Shown in pieces: positions 27,762 to 53,520 of a stretch of 64,000 nucleotides of DNA. Under the pieces are notes generated by a model, which had not been told where the DNA came from, ran no database searches, and was given only the letters and a program-made list of their open reading frames with translations. This DNA is from Paraspadella gotoi. Its lineage: Eukaryota > Animalia > Chaetognatha. Numbering within the stretch: position 1 is the stretch's first letter; the number at the start of each line of letters is the position of its first letter. The position numbers and the translations under genes are program-made. Location: assembly GCA_051294375.1 (NCBI GenBank), contig JBJCIZ010000239.1, positions 6,095,074 through 6,159,073 on the forward strand, read 5' to 3'.

Positions 27762-29209
27762 ATGTTATCGTTTTCACGATTTTCATGTTTGTTCCTCACA
27801 TTAATCGCCACGTCTGTCTTTGGAGAAAGTATCACGAGTTGTCAAAGTAACAAGTTTTGCAGATCGGTGAAAGAATTCCAAGGAAAGCAAATATATTTTC
27901 CGCAGTGCTGTAAAGGTGCAAAAATTAAAGGTAAATTTTGCAGGAAGAATTTGAATTTATTTTTAATATTAATTTTTTGTTTAATCTTTGCGTAAGAATT
28001 TTGGGGTAATATTTTCTCAGAGCACATCCATTTCTGTTCCTAATCTCTTAAATCAATTTTAACTCAAGCATTTGACCTTAATCGTTTACCAAATCATTAA
28101 GCCCCCTAACCTAATTCCTTACCTCAATCTCAAATCTTAATCCTCAATCCGTAACGTTGTCCCATAACCTTATTCCTTTTAGCAGGAGGATTGGTATGGC
28201 AACCCTTAAGATCGTAATTCCAATTCCTACATAATGATCATAATGTGGCGGTATTTTCACACCGCCTCACGTCCGTCCTCATTCAGCCAATTCCATTGGC
28301 TCAGAGGGTGAACACACCATACCAAACATTGCGTTCTATTCATAGTTCTATCAACTTCCCTCTGTGTTGGCAAAGGGTAACCACGGGAGTGACGGAGCCG
28401 CCAAAGCCACCAGTGAAATGCTCTCATCTTTTCAGGTGTTCCAACTCCAGTCGATGTATGCACAGCTGGGTGCCTTTTTTGTCTCAATATTGACGGGACT
28501 TGCATGCCTGATCCACCTGGTTATCAGGAGATGGAATTCATTTCCAACTGCAAAAGCGCCGCTTTTTGTAAAACTCAACACGAACATTTTGGCGTAAAAT
28601 TTGATCCGCCTCCTCAGAGTTGCTGCGCTGACTTCATTTTTAAGGGGCAGAGTGAGTTCGACCGATGCGAGTGCCGCTATGGCCTTTTATGGCTAAACTT
28701 TTTCCTAAATTACCCAAAAATAGGGTTTTGTTAATTATGATTTTATAAAAAAATATATTTAGAGAGAAAACGAACGTCTATGAAAAATATAAAAAAATTA
28801 AATAAAACAAAATTTTTGTATTACTATTTAATAAATCTACGTTTGTAAACAACGAACAAAATAAAAATTTGATAAAATAATATTAGAAATTAAAAAAAAA
28901 ATGAAATTGGTACAACCAAAAGAGAAAATTATCCAGTCATTTAATAAGTAATGGTTAAGCTTTGGTGTAAGGCCTCCATATTTTATTACTTTATTTAGCT
29001 CTTTAGCTGTACATATTATTACTAATATTTCTATTTTATTTTCTAAAGAATTGCAGTATCCCTCGTGCCTCAAAGATTGTCAATTGTGCAAGGAGTTTAA
29101 AGGAACCTGCATTGAAGGTGGCGCTGACACCCTCGACTTTTGGGTCTCCAATCTCATGGCTCTCCTCCTCTTCATCTTCTCTCTAGTGGATGGGATATTC
29201 AAAATATAG
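27762..29209 (+). CDS. Cys-rich secreted/GPI-anchored protein, paralog 5, 181 aa, 3 exons
   Basis: Exons 27762-27930, 28436-28651, 29049-29209; phase-1 GT-AG introns. Exon 3 reads KLQYPSCLKDCQLCKEFKGTCIEGGADTLDFWVSNLMALLLFIFSLVDGIFKI*. Confidence 0.85.
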
Positions 29210-30176
29210 GACTAAATAAAGGATATTATAATATTATAAAATGTATTTGAACCGTCATAATTAGTAAACAAGAACGGTTCTTTTAATGTGTTGCACCGCT
29301 CTGACTTTATTATGATGTTATTTGCGGGTGATCACGTAACTGCATAAACGTCCTATGGTTGAACACTTTTCTGCAGAATTTCGCGAAATATGCTTCATTT
29401 AATTCGTGGTCGAGTGATCATAGTTCTGCGTGGTTACGTGACTGAACATGAACAAGTATGAAAAATATGCACAACACATACACATATGCCTACACACCCA
29501 TATATACCTTACGAGCCTGCCAAGTTTTAATTAAAATACCTTAGTATTTTAGGAGTCATATTTATTATTTTTTGTTCATGTTAGTATGATAAATCTCTCA
29601 TGGTTCTCATTGTATGCCTTTTTATCAAATACGAATTTAATCGATAAGACATTAGCCGAGTTATAAGTATTATCAATGTAAGTGAGAAAGACCAATTGAC
29701 AGACATCCACACCGACCGACATAACGAAAAGTGACTTATTGAGTTGCTCCGCGCCTCAACTAAAAAGACGCTTATTTCTTAACAGTAAACTGGATATTAA
29801 AATAAGTTGAAATATATTTGGGGTCGCAGACGAAGAGGATTTTCATTTCCAATTTTGTTATTTTCGGCATTTGTTATCCTACGGATATTTAAAGATAATC
29901 AAAATGTTTAAATACAAAACGTTCGCATAATTTTCTTTTTTAAACTTGTTTATTTCGAATATTGACGACGAGTGAGATATGAACAGGAGCGAGGCTTTCT
30001 TTGTCAAAAAAGGCCGTGACGAAAAATGTTTTCGACTCTTCATCCAGTAGTGGCATTTCGAAACTTCAAAAAAATAAAAGAAAAGCTAACAAAAATTTCG
30101 ATGATATTAGGATAAATAACATATTTGTCTAATGTCAAAATGTTGCAAATGTAAAGTAACATCATTTACCAAAAAA

Positions 30177-30231
<55 letters not shown>

Positions 30232-30247
30232 CTTCTCCCTTCCGTAG

Positions 30248-43747
<13,500 letters not shown>

Positions 43748-46700
43748 CGGAAAAAAAAATAATAGAACAAATTTCGAAAATCTGCAGAAAACAAAGAAAA
43801 ACTTTGGCCAAAAAACCAAAAAAAAAACAAAAACGATATTCTAAAAGAAACGAATAAAAAAAGGAAATTAAAAAAATGTTTTAAAAAATCTTAAATTAAA
43901 CCATAAATTGAAAAAAATATATATATATAAATAAATAAATGAGGAAATAAATATAACAATTTAATAACTGAGATTTAGTTATCCAGTTTAACTGGCAGAC
44001 CATTTCTTTCAAGTAAATACGTTTTATTCAACAAAATTAAATAAACGTTCGGCAAACACAAATATATATATATATATTAACAAGACACAGAGCCGCTAAA
44101 GTTGCGAAATAAATCGATATACAAAGAAAAAAAAAGAACAAACAAATTTCGTACCAATCGGGTTGAAAAAAAAAAAGTGTACGACTCAAACTCCCAACAC
44201 AAAAACAAAAAAACCGCGCACGGATCGAAACCACCAAACAGTTCGGACTCTCGTGCGTACGAGCGGACGAAACGACAGTCTAGAGAGAAGAAGAAGAAGA
44301 AGAAGAAGAAAAAAAAAACCCCCACAACACCTGCAGCGGCGCCCGTGTTGCGTTCCCCTTGATTGGAAGTTTGACGTCGACGACAACGAACGATAAACAT
44401 CGTTGCCATGGCGACACCGATCCGTTTATCCTCATCCCGTTTATACTTTTAACGAGAGTATTTACCCCCTCCCCTCCCCCAAAGTCCTTCTATTCTCTGC
44501 ACCCCCCCCCCCTACCTTCGCCTCGGAAAAAATTGTGACTCTTCCTTGATTCGACCCGTCAACCCCTACTCCCCCCTCCTCTCCCGAATTCCATTCCATC
44601 TTACCTTTTATTCTTTCCCCTACTATTTCTCTTTTTTTCTTCCTTTTTCTTTTTCCTCGCTTTTCTTTTTTAATTTTCTTCCTTTTTCTTTCCTCTTCAT
44701 CGCCTTCTCCCTCCCTCCTCCTCCTCCTCCTCCTCTGCCTTCTCACTTTAAACTTCGCTTATTTAAAAAAAAAAACAAAAACATTATCTCTAACTGTAAT
44801 TAGTTTATAATACTATTAGTTTTAAAAAATCTCGACGACGGGAAGTAGAAAAGTGACTCGAGAAGTTTTTTTTAAAAAAATGTAAATTTTAATTTTACAA
44901 TTGAAAAAGCGTAATTTTCGCCTCTATATTATTTAACGCTAGCACTCGTCAAAATATTCATACAAAATACGAAAATTATTCTTGATTTACCGCGTACTGA
45001 GTGTAAGTCTAGTCATAATCAAAAAAAAATCGCAGCACGAACCATTTACTAAATTAGGAGATATCACATTCAATTGTATAATGGTTGGTTATACTCGATT
45101 ACTTATGAGGTAGCCTCAAGTTTGGCTTAACAATGCCCGATTCGGCACTATCTCAATTTAGACATCCTAAAAAAAAACTAAGGAATATGAATAAAATCAC
45201 CACCCATTTTTATTATCCCATTAGTAGGTACAAAAAGTTTAACATTCCACGATAATTGTACTTAATTTAATATTACTAATATCTTTCGAGACACTACATA
45301 TAGGTCACTACTATTTTCATGTCGTCACGAAATTATCCCAAGTTGCCTTTTTAATATTAAACTTTTTATCACGATTTAGTTACTTTTTTGTTAAAACTTT
45401 ATTTTGTTCTTCTTATAGTAATGTTGTAAGGAGCATAGGTGAATTTTAAATCGAGGCGCTTTTTTAAAATTATTATTATTTTATTTTTATTTTTTTTAAG
45501 TTGTATCCAACTGCAAAAAATACTCCCAAACTAAAAAAGAGCACAGTTTTACTTTTTAATGTTGTACCAGTAAACAAATTTTAGAAATCACTCTCTCTGC
45601 TATTTTATCTGTGATGAATAAATTTATCTTTATTTTTATACAAACGAAAGCATTTTGTTTTATATCACGCAAAAACAGTTAATGAGCAAAATTTCTTTTC
45701 GTTCAAAACGATTTTGCCAGAATAGCGGTGCCGATGAGAAGTTAGCGAAATATAATTTATAAATATTGTTCATTCTTAAGTGCTTAAATTACAACCAAAG
45801 CTCCCACAGCCTCTGTCAGTGTCAAGAGTTATCCTTTGTGGAATAGGATCTTTTATTTTTCTCTATAGTTAAGAGGTTCATCACTAGATAGCAATCGCTC
45901 TAACTCTTGTAATAAACAAAAGACATCGGAACAACCCGATTAAATTTAAAGCGTTGAGAAATATAGAAAAGATGACAAGTGAAAAAAAAAGAAGGATAAT
46001 TTATAAGGAAAATAAAAAGATAATTAGGGTATTTCGTAAGTATTTTATTATTTGAATGCTAATTCTTATTTATTAAACGATTAAACTATGTCCCCTATTG
46101 AGTATTCAAAAATTAACTGTCAAATTCTTTATAAGGACAAAAATAGAAAATGAGCGACGTAAATAGCCATAGCCGATGAAATTTAAATGCTAATGTATAC
46201 AGCGTTAAAATAATCTATCATGACCATAGATTATGGTATTAAAATATTTTTTGTCAAAAATGCTTTCTTCAGAGGGTACTAGCCTAATTAAAAATATTAT
46301 ATTATTAGATAGAGTAAAAAATATTTTTTTTAAATCTTAAATTTTTTTGATGGATTCTGATAGAACATAAAAAGTTAAACAAGAAATATAATTACAGCTT
46401 TTAAAAAATCTTACGTTTTCTAAGTGAAAATCTAAAAAAACTGATAAAATCATCGAAAGATGATGATAATGATTTTTTATGGTTTTTCTTATTTTTGACA
46501 CACTAATCGTAAAAATATTTAAAAAAGAATTATACTTTGTGTAGACAACTTTTTATGAGCTATCTGAATCTGGTCTTAAAATTTAAAAATCCTAAAAAAA
46601 TTTTTGGGCTTTTCCTATCTATAAATAAATATTAAAAAATTAATTACTAGGGTATAGAGCCATATTAGAAATTTTTTGTCCATTGAAAGTATTCTTAAAA

Positions 46701-46849
46701 ATGTCTAAATATTCGTTTGAGCATGTACTCACTCTAAATTTTTGACTCACCCCATTGAGTGCGGCTACCCCTAACGTAAATAACTAAAAAAAGTTTATTT
46801 TCACAACGGATTCCATAAAAAAAATCATAAAATCATCACACTTCGAAGT

Positions 46850-48728
46850 TTAAATGTCCCTCTGCTCCGTTTCGACGACTGCGGCAGAGGGTGCGGTGGA
46901 GGCGGCGGCGGAGGCAGCGGCTGGTGCGGCGTCATCTTCGACAGATTCGAAGAAAAAAATCGAAAAGTTGAAGGATGGAATCGAGATGGTTGGTGTAGGT
47001 CTGTCTGGGTGGAGGGCCTGTTGAAAATTGGGGTGGGGGAATTGAAAATTAGGATTCCGCGATTCGGTGAAGATTTGATGATTAAGAATTAGGCCAAATA
47101 GTTCAATAATTGTATAAAAGTCGGGCAAAAATGAAAGTGTAAAAACAAAAATTAGAATGAAAATTAGGTAAAAATAAAACTAAATTTGGATAAAAATTGT
47201 AAAGGCTACAAGAATTATAATAATACATCACACTCTAGAGCGAATAAAATAATGAGTCAATTTAATTAGCATTAACTATTACTAAAAGTTTAATCTACAG
47301 GCAACATGGCAAGAAAATTTGTAATTTTAATTTAAATTAAAATTTTTTATTTTCGTCGAGCTGTTTACTTATTACTATGCAGTATACACATTACTTATAT
47401 TATTATACAAATAAACGCAACTTCTCTATCTTTATTTTAATTTCGATTTCTTGCGATTTTAAAACACGAAATTTATTTTGTCCTTCAAGAAAAATAATAG
47501 CTCCCTCCAAAAAAAAAAGATCATTTTTAATAATTAATAAAATCAGTTATATGATATTGGTATACTTCCGAGGTCTCCATCCATCTAAGAATATAATGAT
47601 ATTATATATATATATATATATATATATCTACTTATCTTAATACTATCCTGTCTCTTCGGACCGACAGTTCGCCTCACGTCTTCTCGAATTTTTTTCTCCA
47701 TTGACTCCGATTTTCGACGCAGAGAAATCAACTCATCTTGGTAGCGTGTGGCCTTTGTTAGACGAGGATCGTGAGTCATAAATGAGGGTAGAAATTGGGT
47801 CAGATTTGGGTCCAAAAAGGGAAAAAATTGGGGCTTCAAATTGCACTGAAAAGGGGTCTTAAAAGGGGTCAAAAATGGAAGAAAATTGGGTCCTAAAAGT
47901 GGACGAAATAAGGCCCGAAAAAAAATAAAAGTTATTTTCGAAAATTGGAACCCATATAATGTCAGAAAATTGGGTTAAAAATGGACCAAAATTGGGTAAT
48001 ATAAAGAAACAAAATGGTTCAAAATTTTAACAAAATACGATCCAAAAATTGGTCAAAAATGAGGTTCAAAAGTAGGCCAAAATTGACTTAAAGTGACCAA
48101 AATAGTGGTTCACGAGCCGGAAGTACGGTAACGAGGTTCTGTTAACAGTTACTCAAAGTCACAACTTATTCTGCAGCTCGTCCAGATTTTTCGAAGAGTC
48201 GAAACTGCGTAGGAGCGGATTAGCGAAACGGGAAATAAGGGTTAAGAATGAATTATCAGTAGAATCGACGAAATTAGACCAATGGACAGGACTTTTTAGG
48301 CCTTATGACGTGATTGGTCGTCCTCTTTTGCGTCAATAATAAACGCCCAATGTTTAACCTCAAGAAACAAATTATTAAAAATTATTAATACAAATACCAA
48401 TTACAGCATAGTTTTAGTTCTTGCGTTTGATTTAGAGACGAAATAATAACGTTATAACGACATTGTTTTTACATGACAACGGAAATGTTTCGACTCATTG
48501 TTAGCCTTCATCAGGGCAAATCAACATGTTAACCATTAAAACGTTATTATTTCGTCTCTAAATCCTAAGCAACGAATTAAAAAAAGTTTTAATCATTCAT
48601 AATTTCGTGTACAAACAATACGTAATTGTTGTTAACTATTATCGTCGCTAAAGTTACGTTTAACTTACTTTTCAAACGATAACTTACTTTTCTTCACGAT
48701 CCTTTGATTTCTTTCTTTTGTCGCTCAT
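46850..48728 (-). CDS. Possible small multi-exon gene of unknown function (uncertain model)
   Basis: GC-richer exon-like blocks with good acceptors: 48728-48688 (MSDKRKKSKDREE, GTAAGT donor), from 48204 (FDSSKNLDELQ), 47752-47636 (ATRYQDELISLRRKSESMEKKIREDVRR) and 47017-46850. Two donors are non-canonical and one junction does not close in phase. Confidence 0.35.
48480..48516 (-). ncRNA. Degenerate hammerhead motif within an inverted repeat
   Basis: Minus strand reads CTGATGAAGGCTAACAATGAGTCGAAACATTTCC; flanked by inverted arms at ~48430-48455 and ~48540-48565. Confidence 0.5.
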
Positions 48729-49091
48729 CCTCAATTTTGATATTTTAAAATTTATTTTATTTTATCTAGCTGGAAAAGGATAAAATGATAAAAAAAAAAA
48801 CGCGCGCAATGAAATTTATAAAAACAAAATAATTTACGTTTTAAAAATCTAAAAATGTACAAATTGAGGGTTGGGCTAAAATATTTGGAATTGGGGGGTA
48901 AAAATGTTAAATCTCTGGAACGTAATGTTTTAAAACTAGACAAAGGCCGTTTGACCGAGTTGTCAATCTATCTCTCTCTCTCTTGCTATCTTGCTATCTT
49001 CCATAGGAGAGTGAGAGAGAGATATCGATCAAGTCAATCGTGCGACATCGTCGCCTTATCCCCACGCCTCATCTCCACGCCCCCTTCTTTG

Positions 49092-51849
49092 TCAAGCGAA
49101 CGCCTCGTCCACCGGCGCCTGCCTTCGAAACACCATAGCGTTGCTCCTTAACCAAGACAGCGTCGCTGCTCTACGGGCGCCGCGCGTCGCCGCCGCGTCC
49201 CGCGCGAATCCGCGCCGCTCCATCTCGCGGACTACGTGGGAGGCGTGGCGGTTGTTGACGTGACTTGCGACGCCGGCGTTGGCCCGGCGCCGCCCAGGAG
49301 ACGACGACGCCCTCTCTCGCGTGACGAGCGAGATTGTCCAGGAAAACGCTGTGAGCGGGTGGGGGGGGTGAGGTGAAGTTTGGTAATTTTATTAAAAAAA
49401 CAATTTGGTGCAGACCTTCAAAACGGGTTCCCCCCCTCCCTCATTGTTAAATTTTTATTTGTTACGAGATAGTCTCTCGGTTGTTTGATGCCCTTTTTAT
49501 TATTGAATTCGTATTTTTGTTGCTTACGAAGTATCTGATTGATCAAGTATTTTAAACGTCGCTCTCTGATTGGTTAGTCCTTATGATTGTGCCTTAACCA
49601 AAGATATAAAAGAGATGTGCTTACCTAAAACTAAGAGGATAAGTTACCAATGATTCGTGACAGTCGGTAAGCATTTAAAATGATCTTTTGTAATTTTATG
49701 GTTAAGCTTAAAGTTGACTATTTTTAATAAGTTCTTATTTTTTTGTATCTTTAGAAATAGTCTCCCTTCGACTTGCTTTATGTCTCCCTTCGACTTGCTT
49801 TATGTCTCCCTTCTACTTGCTTCACGTCTCACGCTCATGTTATGTCTACTACAATAAATATTACTAAATTTATATTCTTTGAATCTCTATAAATAGCAAG
49901 TCAGAAAACACTAGCTCGCTCACGGCGTTACGGTAAAATCCTCAATACTCATATTTAACATTTTAACTTTTAATTATACTCGCAGGTCCTGCACTTGACG
50001 TTCACAAAGCAACGAAAGTCTTTTTTTTCTCTCGGGTATAAAAACGATTTATTTTCAAAGCAAGAATAAAAGGGGTATTCTTCAACAAAATAAAACGATA
50101 ATTCGTCACAATATCGGTCACTTAGTAGGTTGAATAACAAAGAGAGAGAGAGAGCATGCTGTTTTATAAGGTCACGTTAACGTCTCTGCATGATCAGTTG
50201 CCACACAAGTCAGTATTTTCCAAAATCCTCTTGCCGATATCTTTTTTTTTTTATAACGTCACCCTCTTTAACGCCCCCCCGCTAAACTAGCCTTCCCCCC
50301 CCTCCCCTTTTTTCTCCAAACCTCTCGAACTCCCTCGGAATGTGTTCCCCGACTTCCAGCGACACGACCCAATCGAAAGAGCGGGCCAACCCGAACGCCT
50401 CTAGCGTCAGATCGAGGAACTCCACGCGCCCGTCGGAGGCGGCGGCCCCGAAAGGCGCCCCGTCGAAGGCGCGGTAGGAAGCGACGGCGCCGGACGCGTC
50501 CAGGAGGCGTTTGTATTCGCCGGGGCCGTCGCCGAAACTGCCCACTGATTTGCCTGTTGGGAAGATGGGGTGGGATGAAGATTGGGGTGATGGTAGGGTA
50601 AGTCGGGGTAAGTTCGTGGAAGACGCTTCGCAGGAGTTAGGAGAAGATTCTTACTTTCTCTTTTTCTCTCTCGTTTTCCACAACCATAAAATTAGTGATT
50701 AATAATCATAATTAAAATTAACTTTTTTTCTCCTTTCCCTCTTGGTAATTATCGCCGTCGAGACTAGCACTCACTCTGTCAGTGAGAGAGAGAGACAGGA
50801 ATTTAGTCCGCGAACCTTCTCCCCAAAACAATAGGCCAGTGGCTTTGGCGAATGTGTCTTTCCCCTTCACCTCTTCGATTTCACTCACCCGCGAGAAATT
50901 CGCCCAAAAACCTGACCATCCCTAAATCAGTTCTGTGTGAGGAACCGTTAGCGCTGCCGACTTCCGAACACCAACCGCCGAACAGGCTCACTAAGGATAA
51001 TGATTAATAATTAGCTAGAAATGATATTTATAAATACCGTTTGGTAAAAAGATCTGTTGGACAAACTTTTCCGAAATGTTGGAACGTAAACAAACTTATT
51101 TCGTTCGTCAATACTTACCCTTTCTCTTCTTGGAAGATCGGCAGTGCAGCTGCATGAACTGTTGCATGAGGGCGTTGGCGCGCTTCGACAAACCGTCTCT
51201 CTGTTTCTGGATCAAGGATTAACAAAATTGACACAATTTTGCTACATTCGCCGACTGACGTCAATGGGGAAGGTTTAAGTTAATTTAAAGGGAGTTTAAA
51301 GGTAAAGGGTGGTTAAAGTTAAAATGATTTAATATGAGGGAGTTCTGGTTGAGGGTAACAGTAATTAAATGATAAATTTTAGCAATTTTTTTTTTTAATA
51401 ATAAAATTCTGATACATTATTTCTCTCAAAAAGCAAAAATCCCAAAAAATTAAATTAGTCTTCAGTTTAATTAGAGAAAAGAAAATAGGGCCGAATAAAA
51501 GAGTGAATAAGCAATTAATAAACTGAAAAACAATACATTACGAAGATCTCGCTTTTAGAATGTTAAGTATAGTCGAGCCCTAAACTCAGGAGTCAAACGA
51601 AACACGGGGTAAGTTTCACGATCTACGAATAACGATTCGTCTTTAACTTACCATAACCAGCGCCATCTTTCCGCCGGAAGACGCGAGGCTCGTCTCCGAC
51701 GCTTGAAAGGACAAAACGACGACCCCGACGACGAAGACGACGCCGACGACGACGAAACCGACGACGTTTCCGCCGAGTGATCGAAGACCCACTGGAGGCT
51801 TCATCCTGTGGAGGCGTTGGAGCCGATTCTCTATCTCTTTTGGAAGCAT
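49092..51849 (-). CDS. Class I SAM-dependent methyltransferase with N-terminal signal anchor; +1 frameshift in last exon
   Basis: Exons 51849-51652 (TM VVGFVVVGVVFVVGVVVL), 51206-51119, 50990-50889 (GGWC...HRTD), 50553-50322 (VGSFGDGPGEY; FDWVVSLEVGEHIP), 49348-49092 (FLDNLARHAREGVVVSWAAPGQ, then shifted frame SHVNNR...LSWLRSNAMVFRR*). Splice phases are consistent. Confidence 0.8.
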
Positions 51850-52738
51850 TTGGAAGTTGGGGGGTGGAGCTGGAGGATTGGAAGGGGGGTGGAGCTGGAG
51901 GAATGAAAGGGGGGTGGAGCTGGAGGAATGAAGGGGGCGTGGAGCTGGAGGAATCAGGTTGGTCGAGAAAGTTTTTGACTGAAAAGAAGAAAACAAAAAC
52001 AAAAACCTTTTCGATGATATGACAGGGAACGTCTCAAAAATATCCAATAGCAATCGAATGATGAAGTTCAACAGAAGTTTTTTTTAAATTTTTTTAACTA
52101 ACGAAGACGTTAATAAATAGCTAGATTATCAAGCAATGCGAGAAACGTGTCACGAAAATAAATGTGTCTGACTAGAAAATCGACTAGCAACTCGAAGAAA
52201 TGGGGCGAGGTCAACCAAGATATCACAAAAAAACAATTGATCTTGTTAAAATAAAAATCGAGACTAATTAAAAAAAACTTGAATGAATTTGATAAGTAAT
52301 GGTCGTTGTTTTTTGTTTTTTTTTATCTAAATTCGGAGTATTGATTTAAAAGATACAATGCAATTGTCTATATTTTCCAGTTACGACTATATTATGTTCG
52401 TATTAACTATGAAGTTATCGAAATTTCTGTGTTGCACACAACTCGGGGGCCCCCCCCATCCCAAATTAGTGCTGCGATGAGCGTTTTGGCCAAATTTCGT
52501 TTGCAATGCGGTGGCTAACGATTTTCTCAAAACAATCTTTAAATATTCGAAATATTTTCGCCTTTTTCTCAGCTTTTTTCCGAATCAAAAAAACATAGGT
52601 GTTGAATATTCGAATCATTCTATTCTAAACTTTGCTAATCTAATTTAAAAGCAAACGTGTATAATTGTATATTTTTCTAAGAACAATTAAAATAAATACG
52701 AGAATGATTCAAAGAGAATTTTTATTAAATAATTATTG

Positions 52739-52908
52739 AGACAATCGATGACCTTAATGATGAATACTGACAATCGATGACATTAATGATAAATACTGAC
52801 AATCGATGACATAATGATGAATACTGACAATCGATGACATTAATGGAAAATACTGACAATCGATGACATTAATGGAGAATACTGACAATCGATGACATTT
52901 ATGATGAT
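52739..52908. repeat. ~28-bp tandem repeat
   Basis: About six copies of tactgacaatcgatgacattaatga. Confidence 0.9.
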
Positions 52909-53018
52909 CGTTATCATCAATGTTTTTTGGTTTTCATCAAAGATAGCATCAAAGTTTCGTCGACAGAGTGATATTATAACCGAAGCTTTATCACCGATTT
53001 TCTATCACCGCTTTTCTA

Positions 53019-53486
53019 TCACCGATCTTTCTTCTCCCCGATCGCCGCCTCCTCTTCCGCTCCCATAGAATGATAGACGGTCAGCGCCGCGCAAATCTCC
53101 ACCGCGATCAAGTTGGCCGTGGATTCGGACAACGCCTTCAAGAGAAGGGCGTTAGCGACCTCCACCGCTAGGCCGGCTGTTATGCCTAGAGAGGGAGAGA
53201 GGGAGAGAGGGAGGGAGAGAAGAGAGGGGGGAGAAGAGAGAGAGAGGTAGAGGGGAGGGAGAGAGAGTGAGAGAGAACGAGAAAAAGTGTTAAAAGAATG
53301 AGAGAGAGAGAGATATTAAAATTGATATTGAAAAACAAAAGTGCGAGAACTTTAAACTGCCCTAAAAAGCTACCTTATTTTATCATTTGTAAGTATTAAC
53401 AGTTTTCTTGAGTTTTCATAAATGGTACTGAACAACTGAACAATTCTATTTTTTAGTGGACAATAGGCATGGGCTCTTTCTAACTT

Positions 53487-53520
<34 letters not shown>

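Noticed and set aside
1737-29209. Assigning the Cys-rich family to Ly6/uPAR or WAP
   Set aside because: It lacks the N-terminal C-x2-C and terminal CC-x4-CN of LU domains, and the spacing around CC differs from the WAP four-disulfide core.
52739-52908. CRISPR-like regular repeat
   Set aside because: The units are contiguous with no unique spacers, there are no cas genes, and the context is eukaryotic.
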